A stretch of DNA of 59,650 nt, taken from NCBI GenBank assembly GCA_022561635.1, contig JADFQV010000004.1, forward strand, positions 1-59,650, written 5' to 3'. This document shows positions 39,607 through 49,686 of the stretch, piece after piece. Origin of the DNA: Chloroflexota bacterium (GTDB taxonomy: Bacteria; Chloroflexota; Dehalococcoidia; SM23-28-2; RBG-16-64-32). Each line of letters opens with the position of its first letter. Within the stretch, counting starts at the first letter, position 1. Both the position numbers and the translations under genes were made by a program. The notes below the pieces were generated by a model. The model ran no database searches. It was not told where the DNA came from and saw only the letters and a list, made by a program, of their open reading frames with translations.

Positions 39607-40260
39607 ACCCGTCTCGCAGACCTCGGCCAGCGCACATCGATCACACAGCGGCTCCGCCCGGCAGGCGTCCTTCGCGTGCTCCACGATCAGCGCATGGTAC
39701 TCGCCGAAGAGCGCCGCGTCCCGTGGCAGGGACTCCTCGAATAGCCGCTGCCAGGCGTCGTACGTGTCTCGGCCGGGCCGGAAGCCCAGGCGCGAGAACG
39801 TCCGGCGGGTGTATGCGTCGACGACGAAGAACGGCTGCCGCGCCGCATAGACGAGGATCACGTCCGCGGTCTCCGCGCCGATGCCATGAGTGGCGAGGAG
39901 AGCCCGCCGCAGCTCCTCACGCGGCGCCGCCAACAGGCGCTCTAGGTCGCCTTCAAAGCCCGCGTCCAGCATCTCCAGGAAGGCCAGCAGCTTGCGCGCC
40001 TTGCTCCGGTAGAAGCCGCTGGGACGGATCAGCTCCGCCAGCTCGGCGGCCGAAAGCGCCCGCATCGCGGCCGGTGAGAGCGCACCCGCCTGCTTCAGAT
40101 TCGCCAGCGCCTTCTCCACGTTCGTCCAGGCCGTCCGCTGCGTGAGAATCGCACCGACGATCACCTCAAACGGACCGTCAGCGGGCCACCAGCCGCGCGG
40201 CCCGTACCGCTCTACGAGTCGCTCGTAGACGTCACGAACGCGGTCCTCGCGCTCGGTCAT
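39487..40260 (-). CDS. Endonuclease III-related HhH-GPD protein
   Basis: WWPADGPFEVIVGAILTQ, GIGAETAD, VVDAYTRR, C-x6-C-x2-C-x5-C. Confidence 0.88.
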   Translation of the reverse strand: MTEREDRVRDVYERLVERYGPRGWWPADGPFEVIVGAILTQRTAWTNVEKALANLKQAGALSPAAMRALSAAELAELIRPSGFYRSKARKLLAFLEMLDAGFEGDLERLLAAPREELRRALLATHGIGAETADVILVYAARQPFFVVDAYTRRTFSRLGFRPGRDTYDAWQRLFEESLPRDAALFGEYHALIVEHAKDACRAEPLCDRCALAEVCETGLGRHQVAGDERVVQDAAADDEDMEDFVVAEDARERVRPA

Positions 40261-40775
40261 CCGTTGCGCCAGGACTGGGCGTCTTCGACCCACTTCGGGA
40301 GGCGCGCGTCCGCGACGGAGTCATAGTAGGGCAGGTACGGCTTGACGTCGAGGACGGGCGAGCCGTCGATGGCGTCGAGGCCGCGCACCTTGAGCACATT
40401 CTCGTTCACGGCCAGCAGCGGCACAGGCGTCACGAGCAGCGGGTTGGGCCTGATCTGGCTGCGCGTGGCCAGCACCCCCATCAGCGGGTTCTCTTCGTCG
40501 TCGCGTGGGTGCAGTTGCGGCTTCGACCCGCGCACATCTTCCGGGACTTTGTGCGGCCAGAAGACGATGATCACGTGCGAGTAGTCGCCGAGGTTGAGGA
40601 GCATGTCCGCCAGCTCGGGCCGTATGATCACACGCGACTCTACGTTGGCCCAGCCGTCCGCCATCGGCTTCTTCACGCCGTTGCGGACGTAGCCGATCGG
40701 CGTCAGCTTGACGTCCGGCAGCTCCGGAAAGGCTTCGGGCTCGCGGCGGAAGGCGCGGCGCAGTCGATCGAGCAT
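40257..40775 (-). CDS. tsaA: TrmO/TsaA-family tRNA methyltransferase
   Basis: LTPIGYV, GVLATRSQIRPNP, GLDAIDGSPVLDVKPY. Confidence 0.88.
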   Translation of the reverse strand: MLDRLRRAFRREPEAFPELPDVKLTPIGYVRNGVKKPMADGWANVESRVIIRPELADMLLNLGDYSHVIIVFWPHKVPEDVRGSKPQLHPRDDEENPLMGVLATRSQIRPNPLLVTPVPLLAVNENVLKVRGLDAIDGSPVLDVKPYLPYYDSVADARLPKWVEDAQSWRNG

Positions 40776-40873
40776 GGGAAGCCATTATAGCGTCGGCGGC
40801 GAGCGCTGGCAGGCGAGGCGCTTGTGGTAGAATTTCGCCACGCCTAGATATGGAATTCAGCGGAGGTCGCCCA

Positions 40874-41767
40874 ATGGAACTCGGACGCGTGCTAACGGCC
40901 ATGGCCACGCCCTTCGATCGCGAAGGGCAGGTGGACTATGGCCAGGCCAAGCGTCTCTCGCTCGCCCTCCTAGACGCTGGTAGCGACGGCCTCGTGGTCG
41001 CCGGCACGACGGGCGAGGCACCAACGCTGTCGCACGACGAGAAGCTGGCGCTTTTCCGCGAGGTGAAGGCAGCGGTCGGCGACCGCGGCGCTGTGATCGC
41101 CGGCACGGGCACGAACAACACGGCCGCCAGCATCGAGCTGTCGCGAGAGGCCGAGGCGATCGGCGTCGACGCTCTGCTGCTGACGGCGCCGTACTACAGC
41201 AGGCCACCACAGGAGGGCCTCTTCCGGCACTTCCAGGCGATCGCTGCCGCGACGTCGCTGCCGTGCATCCTTTACAACATCCCGAGCCGCACCGCCGTCA
41301 ACGTGACAGCGGCGACGCAGCTGCGTCTGGCCGAGATCCCCAACATAGCCGGCGTCAAAGAGGCGTCCGGAGACCTCGACCAGATCGCCGAGATCATCGA
41401 GGGCGCGCACGACTTTCTCGTCTGGAGCGGCGACGATCAGATGGCGCTGCCGATCGTCGCGATCGGCGGTTACGGCGTCGTCGGTGTGGCAACACACCTC
41501 GTCGGCCTGCAGATGCGGGCGATGATTGAGGCGCAGCTCGATGGCCGCGGCTCCGAGGCGGCGACGATCCACCGCCGCTTGCTGCCGCTGATGAAGACGT
41601 TGATGACGGCCGCGCCGAACCCGATCCCCCTCAAGTACGCACTCAACCACGTCGGCTTCCAGGTGGGCGGGCTGCGACTGCCGCTCATCGAAGCCGACGC
41701 CGCTGTCGCCGAAAGCGTCGTCGCGGAGCTGAGCCGACACCAGATCGATCTCGCCGTCGCTGTCTGA
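40874..41767 (+). CDS. dapA: 4-hydroxy-tetrahydrodipicolinate synthase
   Basis: GTTGE, PYYSRP, LYNIPSRT, GVKEA, WSGDD, PNPIP. Confidence 0.95.
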   Translation: MELGRVLTAMATPFDREGQVDYGQAKRLSLALLDAGSDGLVVAGTTGEAPTLSHDEKLALFREVKAAVGDRGAVIAGTGTNNTAASIELSREAEAIGVDALLLTAPYYSRPPQEGLFRHFQAIAAATSLPCILYNIPSRTAVNVTAATQLRLAEIPNIAGVKEASGDLDQIAEIIEGAHDFLVWSGDDQMALPIVAIGGYGVVGVATHLVGLQMRAMIEAQLDGRGSEAATIHRRLLPLMKTLMTAAPNPIPLKYALNHVGFQVGGLRLPLIEADAAVAESVVAELSRHQIDLAVAV

Positions 41768-41791
41768 GCGACGCGAAAGGAGCCCCCGCAT

Positions 41792-42742
41792 ATGGAGTAC
41801 AAGTCCCTTGGTGCATCCGGCCTGCAGGTCTCGGTCGTTGGGCTGGGCTGCAACAACTTCGGCATGCGCATCGACAAGGAGAAGTCGGCTGAGGTCGTGG
41901 GCCGAGCGCTGGAGTTGGGGATCAACTTCTTCGACACAGCCGACATCTACGGCGGCACGCTGTCCGAGCAGTTCCTCGGCGAGGCGCTGGGCGAGCGGCG
42001 TCCGCACGTCATCGTCGCCACGAAGTTCGGCGGCCCGACGGGCGAGGGCCCGGGCAACCGGGGCGGCTCGCGCGGCTACATCATTCGGGCGGTCGAGGCC
42101 AGCCTTCGCCGCCTGAACACCGACTACATCGACCTCTACCAGTACCACTTCCCGGACGTCAAGACGCCCATCGAGGAGTCGCTGCGGGCGATGGACGACC
42201 TGGTTCGCTCGGGCAAGGTGCGCTACATCGGCTCATCTAACATGTCCGCGTGGCAGGCCGTCGAGGCGCACTGGGTGGCGACGAGCGAGCACCTGAACCC
42301 GTTCATCACGGCGCAGAACGAATACAGCCTGATCGACCGCCGCGCCGAGCGGGAGCTGGTGCCGGCCTGCCGCAAATACGGCATCGGCCTTCTGCCTTAC
42401 TTCCCCCTGGCCAGCGGCCTCCTCACCGGCAAGTACAGCCGCGGCGAGGCGCCGGCCGATGACACGCGCATCGGGGCCTGGGGCGCCCGCGGCCAGCAGC
42501 TGCTGACGGACCGCAACTTCGACGTCGTCGAGGGGCTGCAGAAGTTCGCCGCGGAACGAGACAAGAGCCTGCTGGACATCGCGATCGGCTGGCTCGCCGC
42601 CCAGGACCCCGTCTCCAGCGTCATCGCCGGCGCGACGAAGCCGGAGCAGGTGGAGCAGAACGCGGCCGCGGCCGACCTCCACCTGTCGCGGGAGGAGCTG
42701 GCGGAGATCGACACGATCACCTCAGGAAAGGGAGAGGCGTGA
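41792..42742 (+). CDS. Aldo/keto reductase
   Basis: GLGCNNFG, FFDTADIY, DYIDLYQYH, PYFPLASGLLTGKY. Confidence 0.93.
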   Translation: MEYKSLGASGLQVSVVGLGCNNFGMRIDKEKSAEVVGRALELGINFFDTADIYGGTLSEQFLGEALGERRPHVIVATKFGGPTGEGPGNRGGSRGYIIRAVEASLRRLNTDYIDLYQYHFPDVKTPIEESLRAMDDLVRSGKVRYIGSSNMSAWQAVEAHWVATSEHLNPFITAQNEYSLIDRRAERELVPACRKYGIGLLPYFPLASGLLTGKYSRGEAPADDTRIGAWGARGQQLLTDRNFDVVEGLQKFAAERDKSLLDIAIGWLAAQDPVSSVIAGATKPEQVEQNAAAADLHLSREELAEIDTITSGKGEA

Positions 42743-43212
42743 TGGCCCGATTCCAGATGCGCATAGACAGGGTATGGGCGCCGGCGGTGCTAGTCGGCGG
42801 CGCCACGCGGAGTAACTCGTACGTAGACGTAACGCCTGAGGCGGTGACGTTCCACTTCGGCTACATCTTCAACCACACCCAGGGCCGCGACGAAATTCGC
42901 GATGTGAGGGCGCGCAGCTGGCCCTGGTGGATGGGCATCGGCTGGCGCAGCAACCTGCGCGGCCTCCTCGGGCTCGTCGGCTCGTACCGCAACGTCGTCG
43001 AGGTCAGCTTCGAGCGTCGCTCGCTCGCCTGGGGCGTCCTGCCGATGGACCGCATCGCCATCTCGGTGGAGGATCCGGAAGGCCTGATCAAGGCGCTGAA
43101 GCCGCCGGCGAGCGCAAAGGCCAAGAAGCCGCCCGCAAAGAGATCGGCCCGCCGCAGCACGCGAAACAACGGCACTGCGACCAAGCGCCGCACAAAGCGC
43201 AAGGCTGAATAG
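42739..43212 (+). CDS. Hypothetical protein (beta domain with basic C-terminal tail)
   Basis: Coupled to the upstream stop (GTGA); ends SVEDPEGL followed by a Lys/Arg-rich tail. Confidence 0.7.
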   Translation: MMARFQMRIDRVWAPAVLVGGATRSNSYVDVTPEAVTFHFGYIFNHTQGRDEIRDVRARSWPWWMGIGWRSNLRGLLGLVGSYRNVVEVSFERRSLAWGVLPMDRIAISVEDPEGLIKALKPPASAKAKKPPAKRSARRSTRNNGTATKRRTKRKAE

Positions 43213-43293
43213 TGGACGACCGCCTTTGCCCGCCGCTCTCCCGGTCGCTATCATCCACGCTCAGAACGACACGCCCCTCGGAAGGAGCCCAAC

Positions 43294-44802
43294 GTGAAAA
43301 TTAACGTCGAGAGCGGAGATATTACACAGCACGAGGCGAAGGTGATCATCGTCAACCTGTTCCAGGGCGTGAAGAGCCCCGGCGGCGCGACGGGCGCCGT
43401 CGATGCCGCGCTCGAGGGTGGCATCACCGCCCTCATCAGCGAAGGCGAGATCAAGGGCAAGGGCGGCGAGGCCTTACTCGTCCACACGCTCGGGCGAATG
43501 CCGTCGCCGCGCGTCATCATCGCTGGGCTGGGCAAGCAGGATTCGTTTGATCTCAACGTCATCCGCAACCTGATGGGCACCGCCCTCAGGCGCGCCCGCA
43601 TGACCGGTGCTAAGACGGTCGCAACCATCGTCCACGGCGCTGGCATCGCCGGGCTGGAGACGGCGGACTGCGCGCAGGCGATCGCCGAAGGCGCGCTCAT
43701 GGGCGAGTACCGCTTCCGCAAGTACAAGAGCGTCGAAGACCCCTCGTTCCGCGAGATCGATACGCTGACGATCGTGGAGTCCGACCGGCGAAAGCTGCGC
43801 GCCATCGAGCGGGGAGTAGAGCGCGGCGAGACGATGGCCGCCGCCGCCAACTTCACGCGCGACATGGCGAACGAGCCCGGCAACGAGCTACCGCCGACGG
43901 AGCTGGCAAAACGCGCGACGAGGCTTTGCGCCCAGGCCGGCATCGACTGCGAGGTCCTGGACGACGCTCAGCTGAAGAAGCTGGGCATGGGCGCGCTGCT
44001 CGGCGTGGGCGCTGGCTCGGCGCGCAAGCCGCGCTTCGTGATCATGCGCTACAGGGGCGACCGGCGAACGAAAAAGACGCTTGGCCTCATTGGCAAGGGC
44101 ATCACCTTCGACTCCGGCGGCATCTCGATCAAGCCGGCGGCCGGCATGGAGGCGATGAAGGGCGACATGTCGGGCGGCGCCGCGGTCATCGCCACGATGT
44201 GGGCGCTGGGCAAGCTGAAGCCGCGCATCAACGTCACGGGAATCGTGCCGACGGCGGAGAACATGCCCTCCGGCAGCGCCACCCGGCCGGGAGACGTCCT
44301 GCGTGCCATGAACGGCAAGACGATCGAGGTCATCAACACGGATGCGGAGGGCCGCCTGATCCTGGCCGACGCCATCTGCTACGCGCGCCAGGAGAAGCTC
44401 TCGCCGATCGTCGACGTGGCGACCCTGACCGGCGCGATGATGATCGCTCTGGGCAACCGCGCGACCGGCTTCTTCGCCACCGACGACGCGCTCGCCGATC
44501 AGATCACCAGCGCCGGTGAGAAGTCGGGCGAGCTGATGTGGCGCTTCCCGCTAATCGCTGAGTACCGTGAGGACCTGAAGAGCACCATCGCGGACATCAA
44601 GAACACGGGCGTGCGGGGCGGCGGGGCGATCAGCGCCGCGAAGTTCCTGCACTTCTTCGCCGAGGACACACCCTGGGCGCACATCGATATGGCCGGCACC
44701 GATGAGTCGCCCAAGGACCGAGGGCTCTGGGTAAAGGGCTCGACCGGCATTCCGACGCGCACGCTCATCAACTTCGTGCTCGCCCGCGCGCCCCGGCGAT
44801 AG
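43294..44802 (+). CDS. pepA: Leucyl aminopeptidase (M17)
   Basis: GKGITFDSGG, MKGDMSG, NTDAEGRL, WAHIDMAG. Confidence 0.95.
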   Translation: MKINVESGDITQHEAKVIIVNLFQGVKSPGGATGAVDAALEGGITALISEGEIKGKGGEALLVHTLGRMPSPRVIIAGLGKQDSFDLNVIRNLMGTALRRARMTGAKTVATIVHGAGIAGLETADCAQAIAEGALMGEYRFRKYKSVEDPSFREIDTLTIVESDRRKLRAIERGVERGETMAAAANFTRDMANEPGNELPPTELAKRATRLCAQAGIDCEVLDDAQLKKLGMGALLGVGAGSARKPRFVIMRYRGDRRTKKTLGLIGKGITFDSGGISIKPAAGMEAMKGDMSGGAAVIATMWALGKLKPRINVTGIVPTAENMPSGSATRPGDVLRAMNGKTIEVINTDAEGRLILADAICYARQEKLSPIVDVATLTGAMMIALGNRATGFFATDDALADQITSAGEKSGELMWRFPLIAEYREDLKSTIADIKNTGVRGGGAISAAKFLHFFAEDTPWAHIDMAGTDESPKDRGLWVKGSTGIPTRTLINFVLARAPRR

Positions 44803-44842
44803 CTGCAAGCCGTTCCGAGAGGTGGCGCCGGGATCAGCGCGC

Positions 44843-45020
44843 CTAGCGCCGGCGGAAGATCGTGCGGAAGACCATCCAGATGCCGAACGCCGTAAGGCCG
44901 GTCGTGATGATGCGGGTCCAGTCGAGGATCGGGACGAGGCGCGTCTCGTCGCCGTCCACTTCCAGAACGCCGACCGGCTGTACGCGGACGGCGCCACCGC
45001 CACCGCCGGCCAGTGTGGGC
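44843..45020 (-). pseudogene. 5'-truncated remnant of a YtfJ/GerW-like gene
   Basis: AGGGGGAVRVQPVGVLEVDGDETRLVPILDWTRII plus TM, RRR, stop; no ATG/GTG/TTG between the upstream in-frame stop (~45090) and the Gly-rich motif. Confidence 0.55.
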
Positions 45021-45036
45021 GGGCCGGCGGCGGGCC

Positions 45037-45867
45037 CTAGGCCCGGTCGGCTACGACGAGGAGCCAGTTGCGGGGCACTTCCGTAACGTTAAGCTCTGCG
45101 AACGTCAATCGAGCGGCCTTCGTCAGCGCACGCGCACCAGCCTCCAGCGGGACGCCGGGCAGCACGCCTTCGATCCAGAGACTGTACTCACTGATCGCCT
45201 CGAAGCCGCTGAGTGGCACCTGAACCGTGATGACTTCCTTGTCGCGCACCTTGAATCCGTTGGAGGTCAGCAGCGTCACGTACTCTTCCTCAGTCAGCCT
45301 CTGGCGCGCCTGAACGCGCGTCTTGTCCGGTGACAGGCCGTACTCCTTCTTCAGTACGCGCAGGGCCTTCATCATCCAGCGGCGGTAGAACATTTCGGCC
45401 TCAGGCGGCTCCGCGCCCAGGTAGAACGAGGTGTTGAAGGAGAACGTGCCGTCCTCGCCCAGAGTCTCCAGGATCTCCTGCAGGACGTGGTCCTTCTCCT
45501 CGACGAGGTGGATGGCGTTGCAGAAGAAGACGGCGTCCACCGGCTTCTTCACGAGTTGCGTCAGCACTTCGGCGCCGCCCTGGATGAAGCGGACGACGGC
45601 GCCCCGGAACTCTTCCAGATTGCGTCGTGCGATACCGAGCGCGGTCTCGCACGGCTCGATGGCGATCACTTCGGCGTTGTCGTTCGCCACTTCCTGGGCG
45701 ATCAGCTTCGTCACCGCGCCCGTTCCCGCGCCGAGGTCGACGACGCGCTGGCCCTTGGCGAGCCGCGTGAGGGCGACGAGGCGCTCATTTACCTCGTGGT
45801 AGAAGGGGTGCTGCGCGAACCTCTCCAGCGTGAAGCTGGCCTGTCCTGCGTCTGCGGTGGATGTCAT
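45037..45867 (-). CDS. Class I SAM-dependent methyltransferase
   Basis: VVDLGAGTG, VIAIEP, FCNAIHL. Confidence 0.85.
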   Translation of the reverse strand: MTSTADAGQASFTLERFAQHPFYHEVNERLVALTRLAKGQRVVDLGAGTGAVTKLIAQEVANDNAEVIAIEPCETALGIARRNLEEFRGAVVRFIQGGAEVLTQLVKKPVDAVFFCNAIHLVEEKDHVLQEILETLGEDGTFSFNTSFYLGAEPPEAEMFYRRWMMKALRVLKKEYGLSPDKTRVQARQRLTEEEYVTLLTSNGFKVRDKEVITVQVPLSGFEAISEYSLWIEGVLPGVPLEAGARALTKAARLTFAELNVTEVPRNWLLVVADRA

Positions 45868-45869
45868 AT

Positions 45870-47072
45870 TTAGGCCTCAAATAGTCTCTGAACCTTGTCG
45901 AGTATACGCCACGCAACTTCGTATTTGCTCATCAGCGGCCACTCTTCTTGCTCGCCCTTGCCATCGATCACCAGCACGCGGTTGGTGTCGACGCTAAAGC
46001 CGGCGTCGGTGGCCGTGATGTCGTTGGCGACGATCAGGTCCAGGCCCTTCGACTCGATCTTGGCCTTCGCGTTCGCCACCAGATCCTGGCTCTCCGCCGC
46101 GAAGCCGACCTTCACAAGCCCCCGTGGGCGGCCCACTTCGGCCAGAATGTCCGGCGTCGGCGCCAGGTGCAGCGAGAGCGACTCGCGCCCCTTGCGCTTG
46201 ATTTTCTCACCCACCGGCTCGGCGGGCTGAAAGTCCGCGACGGCGGCAGCCATGATGAGGGCGTGGGCGCCGTCGCAGGCGGCGAGGATGGCGTCGCGCA
46301 TCTGGGTCGCGCTGCGCACGCGCTGGACGTCCACGCCGTAAGGGTCCGGCAGCGCCGCTTCGCCCGAGACGAGGACGACGTCTGCGCCGCGGTCACGCGC
46401 GGCCTCGGCGACGGCGAACCCCATCTTGCCCGACGATTCGTTGCCGATGAAGCGCACTGGGTCGATCGCCTCGCGTGTGCCGCCGGCGGAGACGACGATC
46501 TTTTTACCTGTTAGGTTGCCGCCCCGGCCGAGCGCGGTTCTCACAGCACCCAAAAGAATCGGCACCTCGGACATCCGCCCCGTCCCCATCTGGCCGGACG
46601 CCAGGCGCCCTTCCTCCGGGCCAACGAAGCTTACCCCGCGTGAACGCAGCGTATCGACGTTCGCCTGCGTCGCAGCGTGCTCCCACATGTGAGGGTCCAT
46701 CGCCGGGGCGACCAGGACGGGCGCCTGCGTTGCCAGCGCGGTCAGGCTCACGAGGTCTTCCGCCAGCCCGTGCGCCATGCGGGCCAGCATCGTCGCCGTC
46801 GCCGGCGCAATCACCATCAGGTCGGCTCGCCGCGCCAGGACTACGTGCAGCTCGGCGATCTCCGACGCTTCGTCCCACATGTCGTGGTAGGCGCGGCGGC
46901 CAGTCACGCTCTGGAAGGTGATGGGCGCCACAAATCGAGTCGCCGATTCGGTCATCGCCACGTCGACGGCAGCGCCGGCCTGGGTCAGCTTACTGGCGAG
47001 GTCGGGCGCCTTGTAGGCAGCAATGCTCCCCGTAACGCCGAGGACGATCTGCTTGTCGGTCAGGTTGTACAT
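45870..47072 (-). CDS. coaBC: Phosphopantothenoylcysteine decarboxylase/ligase
   Basis: GVTGSIAAYK, APAM, IDPVRFIGNESSGKMG, VGFAAE. Confidence 0.95.
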   Translation of the reverse strand: MYNLTDKQIVLGVTGSIAAYKAPDLASKLTQAGAAVDVAMTESATRFVAPITFQSVTGRRAYHDMWDEASEIAELHVVLARRADLMVIAPATATMLARMAHGLAEDLVSLTALATQAPVLVAPAMDPHMWEHAATQANVDTLRSRGVSFVGPEEGRLASGQMGTGRMSEVPILLGAVRTALGRGGNLTGKKIVVSAGGTREAIDPVRFIGNESSGKMGFAVAEAARDRGADVVLVSGEAALPDPYGVDVQRVRSATQMRDAILAACDGAHALIMAAAVADFQPAEPVGEKIKRKGRESLSLHLAPTPDILAEVGRPRGLVKVGFAAESQDLVANAKAKIESKGLDLIVANDITATDAGFSVDTNRVLVIDGKGEQEEWPLMSKYEVAWRILDKVQRLFEA

Positions 47073-47078
47073 GTCCGC

Positions 47079-47846
47079 TTACGCCTTGTTCATCTCATGA
47101 ATGAGACGTAGGCCGATGAGTGTCAGTTGCGTGTCGACCTTATCGATAGCGTCGGTCTCCCGGGCGATGATTTCGGCCCAGCCGCCGGTACCGATGACTT
47201 TGGCCGAACCGCCCAACTCTTCCTTGATGCGGGCCACGATGCCTTCGACGAGGCCCACGTACCCGAAAAGGATACCAGATTGGATAGCGCCCACCGTGTT
47301 ACGGCCGATCGCCGTTTCCGGCCGATGCAGCTCCACCCGGGAGAGCTTGGCGGCGCGCCTGAAGAGCGCTTCGGAGGCGATGCCAAGCCCCGGTGCGATA
47401 GCGCCGCCGAGGTAATCGCCGTCGCCGTTGATCGCGTCGAAGACGGTCGCCGTGCCGAGGTCGACGATGACCAGCGGCGGGCCGTAAAGCTTGATCGCCG
47501 CGACTGCGTCGGCGACGCGGTCCGCCCCGACGTCGCGCGGCGAGTCATAGACGATGCGCAGCCCCGTCCGCACGCCGGTCGTGACGTGCAGCGGGGAGAT
47601 GTTGAAGCAGCGCTGGACGACCGCGTCGAAGACGGGCTCCAGGTCCGGAACGACGACGGCCATGATCGCCTCGTCAACAGCGTCCGCGGCGACCGATTCG
47701 TGCTGGAGGAGGCTGAGGATGATGACGGCGTACTCATCCGGCAGGCGCTCGACGTCGGTGGCGATGCGCCACGTCGCAATAAGATCTTCGCCGTCGAAGA
47801 TGCCGAGCGTGATGTTGGTGTTGCCGACGTCCAAGGTGAGTAGCAT
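47079..47846 (-). CDS. coaX: Type III pantothenate kinase
   Basis: DVGNT, VGADR, VDLGTAT, GGAIAPG, TGG. Confidence 0.95.
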   Translation of the reverse strand: MLLTLDVGNTNITLGIFDGEDLIATWRIATDVERLPDEYAVIILSLLQHESVAADAVDEAIMAVVVPDLEPVFDAVVQRCFNISPLHVTTGVRTGLRIVYDSPRDVGADRVADAVAAIKLYGPPLVIVDLGTATVFDAINGDGDYLGGAIAPGLGIASEALFRRAAKLSRVELHRPETAIGRNTVGAIQSGILFGYVGLVEGIVARIKEELGGSAKVIGTGGWAEIIARETDAIDKVDTQLTLIGLRLIHEMNKA

Positions 47847-47967
47847 GAGGTCCCCGGAAGAGGGGTGCGGTCATTATAACGCGGGTAAAAAATTGGCCCG
47901 TAACCGCTCCGTCTTTAAGGCGTTCGAAAAGGGCGGCATAGTCTATGCCCTGATTAACATAAAGCGA

Positions 47968-47997
47968 TTGACGCCCTTGACGCCTCCCTGCTATCTT
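47968..47997 (+). promoter_or_regulatory. Putative dnaA promoter
   Basis: TTGACG-18-TATCTT with extended TG. Confidence 0.5.
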
Positions 47998-48052
47998 CCC
48001 GCCATCCGCTCCGCCAAACACCCTACTTCTACTTCACACGGAGGCGCTCCTG

Positions 48053-49444
48053 ATGGCAGACCCCACGGCTCAACGTGTCTGGGACACTGCCCTCGGCCAG
48101 CTCCAGATTCATGTCACGAAGCCAAACTATGACACTTGGCTCAAGGACACTCTGGGGCTCCGGCACGAGGACGGAAACTTTATCGTGGGAGTCCCGACGG
48201 AGTTCGTGAAGGAATGGCTAGGAACCCGCATGAGGGGGATCGTTTCACAGACCGTTGGCGGCATTCTGGGCCAGCCGACTGAGGTCTCGTTCGAGATCAT
48301 CGGCACCAACAGTAAGCGAAACGGTCAGGTGCACGTGAACCGCAACGGCCGAGCAGCGGCCAAGACGGCAGAGATGTCGCTGGACGAGGCCTCGCCTGTG
48401 CACTCCTTGATCTCAAGCCCCTTGCTCAAACAGCGGCTGAACCCTCGCTACACCTTCCGGACGTTCGTCATCGCGGACTCCAACCGCATCGCTGCAGCGG
48501 CGGCCCTGGCAGCGGCCGAAAAACCCGGGGAGGACTACAACCCTCTCTTCATCTACAGCAGTCCCGGCCTGGGCAAGACTCACCTCTTGCAGGCGATCGC
48601 CCTGCGCGCCGGCCAGATCAACATCAACGCCCTCTACGTCACCTCGGAGCAGTTCGTCAACGACTTCATCACCTCGATCGCCCAGAGCCGCACCGATGAG
48701 TTCCGCCGACGCTACCGCTCCGTGCAGCTCCTGCTGCTCGACGACGTGCAGTTCCTTGGCTCCAAAGGCAAGTCGCAGGAGGAGTTCTTCTACACCTTCA
48801 ACGACCTGCACTCCAACGGCTGCCAGATCGTCCTCGCCGGTGACCGGCCGCCGGCGGCCATCCCCGGCATGGAGGCGCGGCTATCGTCCCGCTTCCAATG
48901 GGGGCTGACGGCCGACATCGCGCCGCCGGACGAGGAGACACGACTCGCCATCCTGATGGCCAAGGCCAGCGAACGGCGGGTCGACCTGCCGATCGAGGTG
49001 CTGCGCTATCTCGCGGACCGCGTCCGGGACAACATCCGCGCGCTGGAGGGCTGCCTCAACCGCGTCGTCGCCTACGCTCGTCTGACGCAAAGCACGATCA
49101 ACCTCGAAGTCGCGCGGAAAGCGCTGGACGCTCTGACACCGACCGCCGCCGCGCCCGCCAACCCGCAGGCGATCCTGGAGGCCGTCTCGGAATACTACAG
49201 CGTGCCGCTGGCTGCGATCACCGGCAAGAGCCGCGCCAAGCAGATCGTCGAGGCGCGCCACATCGGGATGTACCTCCTGCGAGAGGACGCCGAGCTGGCC
49301 CTCAAGCAGGTCGGCCTGCTCCTCGGCCACCGCGACCACTCAACCGTGATCCACGGCGTGCAGAAGATCACGCGCGCCCTGATCGCGGACCCGCGCCTCA
49401 GTGCGCAGTTGACGGAGATCAGGGAGAGCGTTTCCCACTTGTAA
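48053..49444 (+). CDS. dnaA: Chromosomal replication initiator
   Basis: LNPRYTF, YNPLFIY, GLGKTHLL, DDVQFL, QEEFF, RDHSTVIH. Confidence 0.98.
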   Translation: MADPTAQRVWDTALGQLQIHVTKPNYDTWLKDTLGLRHEDGNFIVGVPTEFVKEWLGTRMRGIVSQTVGGILGQPTEVSFEIIGTNSKRNGQVHVNRNGRAAAKTAEMSLDEASPVHSLISSPLLKQRLNPRYTFRTFVIADSNRIAAAAALAAAEKPGEDYNPLFIYSSPGLGKTHLLQAIALRAGQININALYVTSEQFVNDFITSIAQSRTDEFRRRYRSVQLLLLDDVQFLGSKGKSQEEFFYTFNDLHSNGCQIVLAGDRPPAAIPGMEARLSSRFQWGLTADIAPPDEETRLAILMAKASERRVDLPIEVLRYLADRVRDNIRALEGCLNRVVAYARLTQSTINLEVARKALDALTPTAAAPANPQAILEAVSEYYSVPLAAITGKSRAKQIVEARHIGMYLLREDAELALKQVGLLLGHRDHSTVIHGVQKITRALIADPRLSAQLTEIRESVSHL

Positions 49445-49680
49445 CTCCACAACCTGTGAGCGAATCCACAGAAGACCGGGGTTGGAGCGACGCCAGCCCC
49501 GGTCTTTTCTCGCCCGCGCGATGTTACGGAAAGTGCCGCCGCCGGTAATCCACCGCCGTCCACCCCCTCGACGCGCGCAGCCCACAGGCTTTCCCCAGCA
49601 CCGGAGCGTACGCCGCCAACACATCCACACCTCTACGACGGCGACTACGAAGAGGTATTTATATATGCCGAACTTATAAT
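49443..49680. other. Probable oriC (degenerate DnaA boxes, DnaA-trio array, AT-rich unwinding element)
   Basis: Co-oriented boxes AACTCCACA, GAATCCACA, TAATCCACC, CAGCCCACA, ACATCCACA; the last is followed by TAC GAC GGC GAC TAC GAA GAG and TATTTATATAT. Confidence 0.8.
49470..49510 (+). terminator. dnaA terminator
   Basis: AAGACCGGGGTTGG...CCAGCCCCGGTCTT followed by TTCT. Confidence 0.7.
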
Positions 49681-49686
49681 AGGTGT

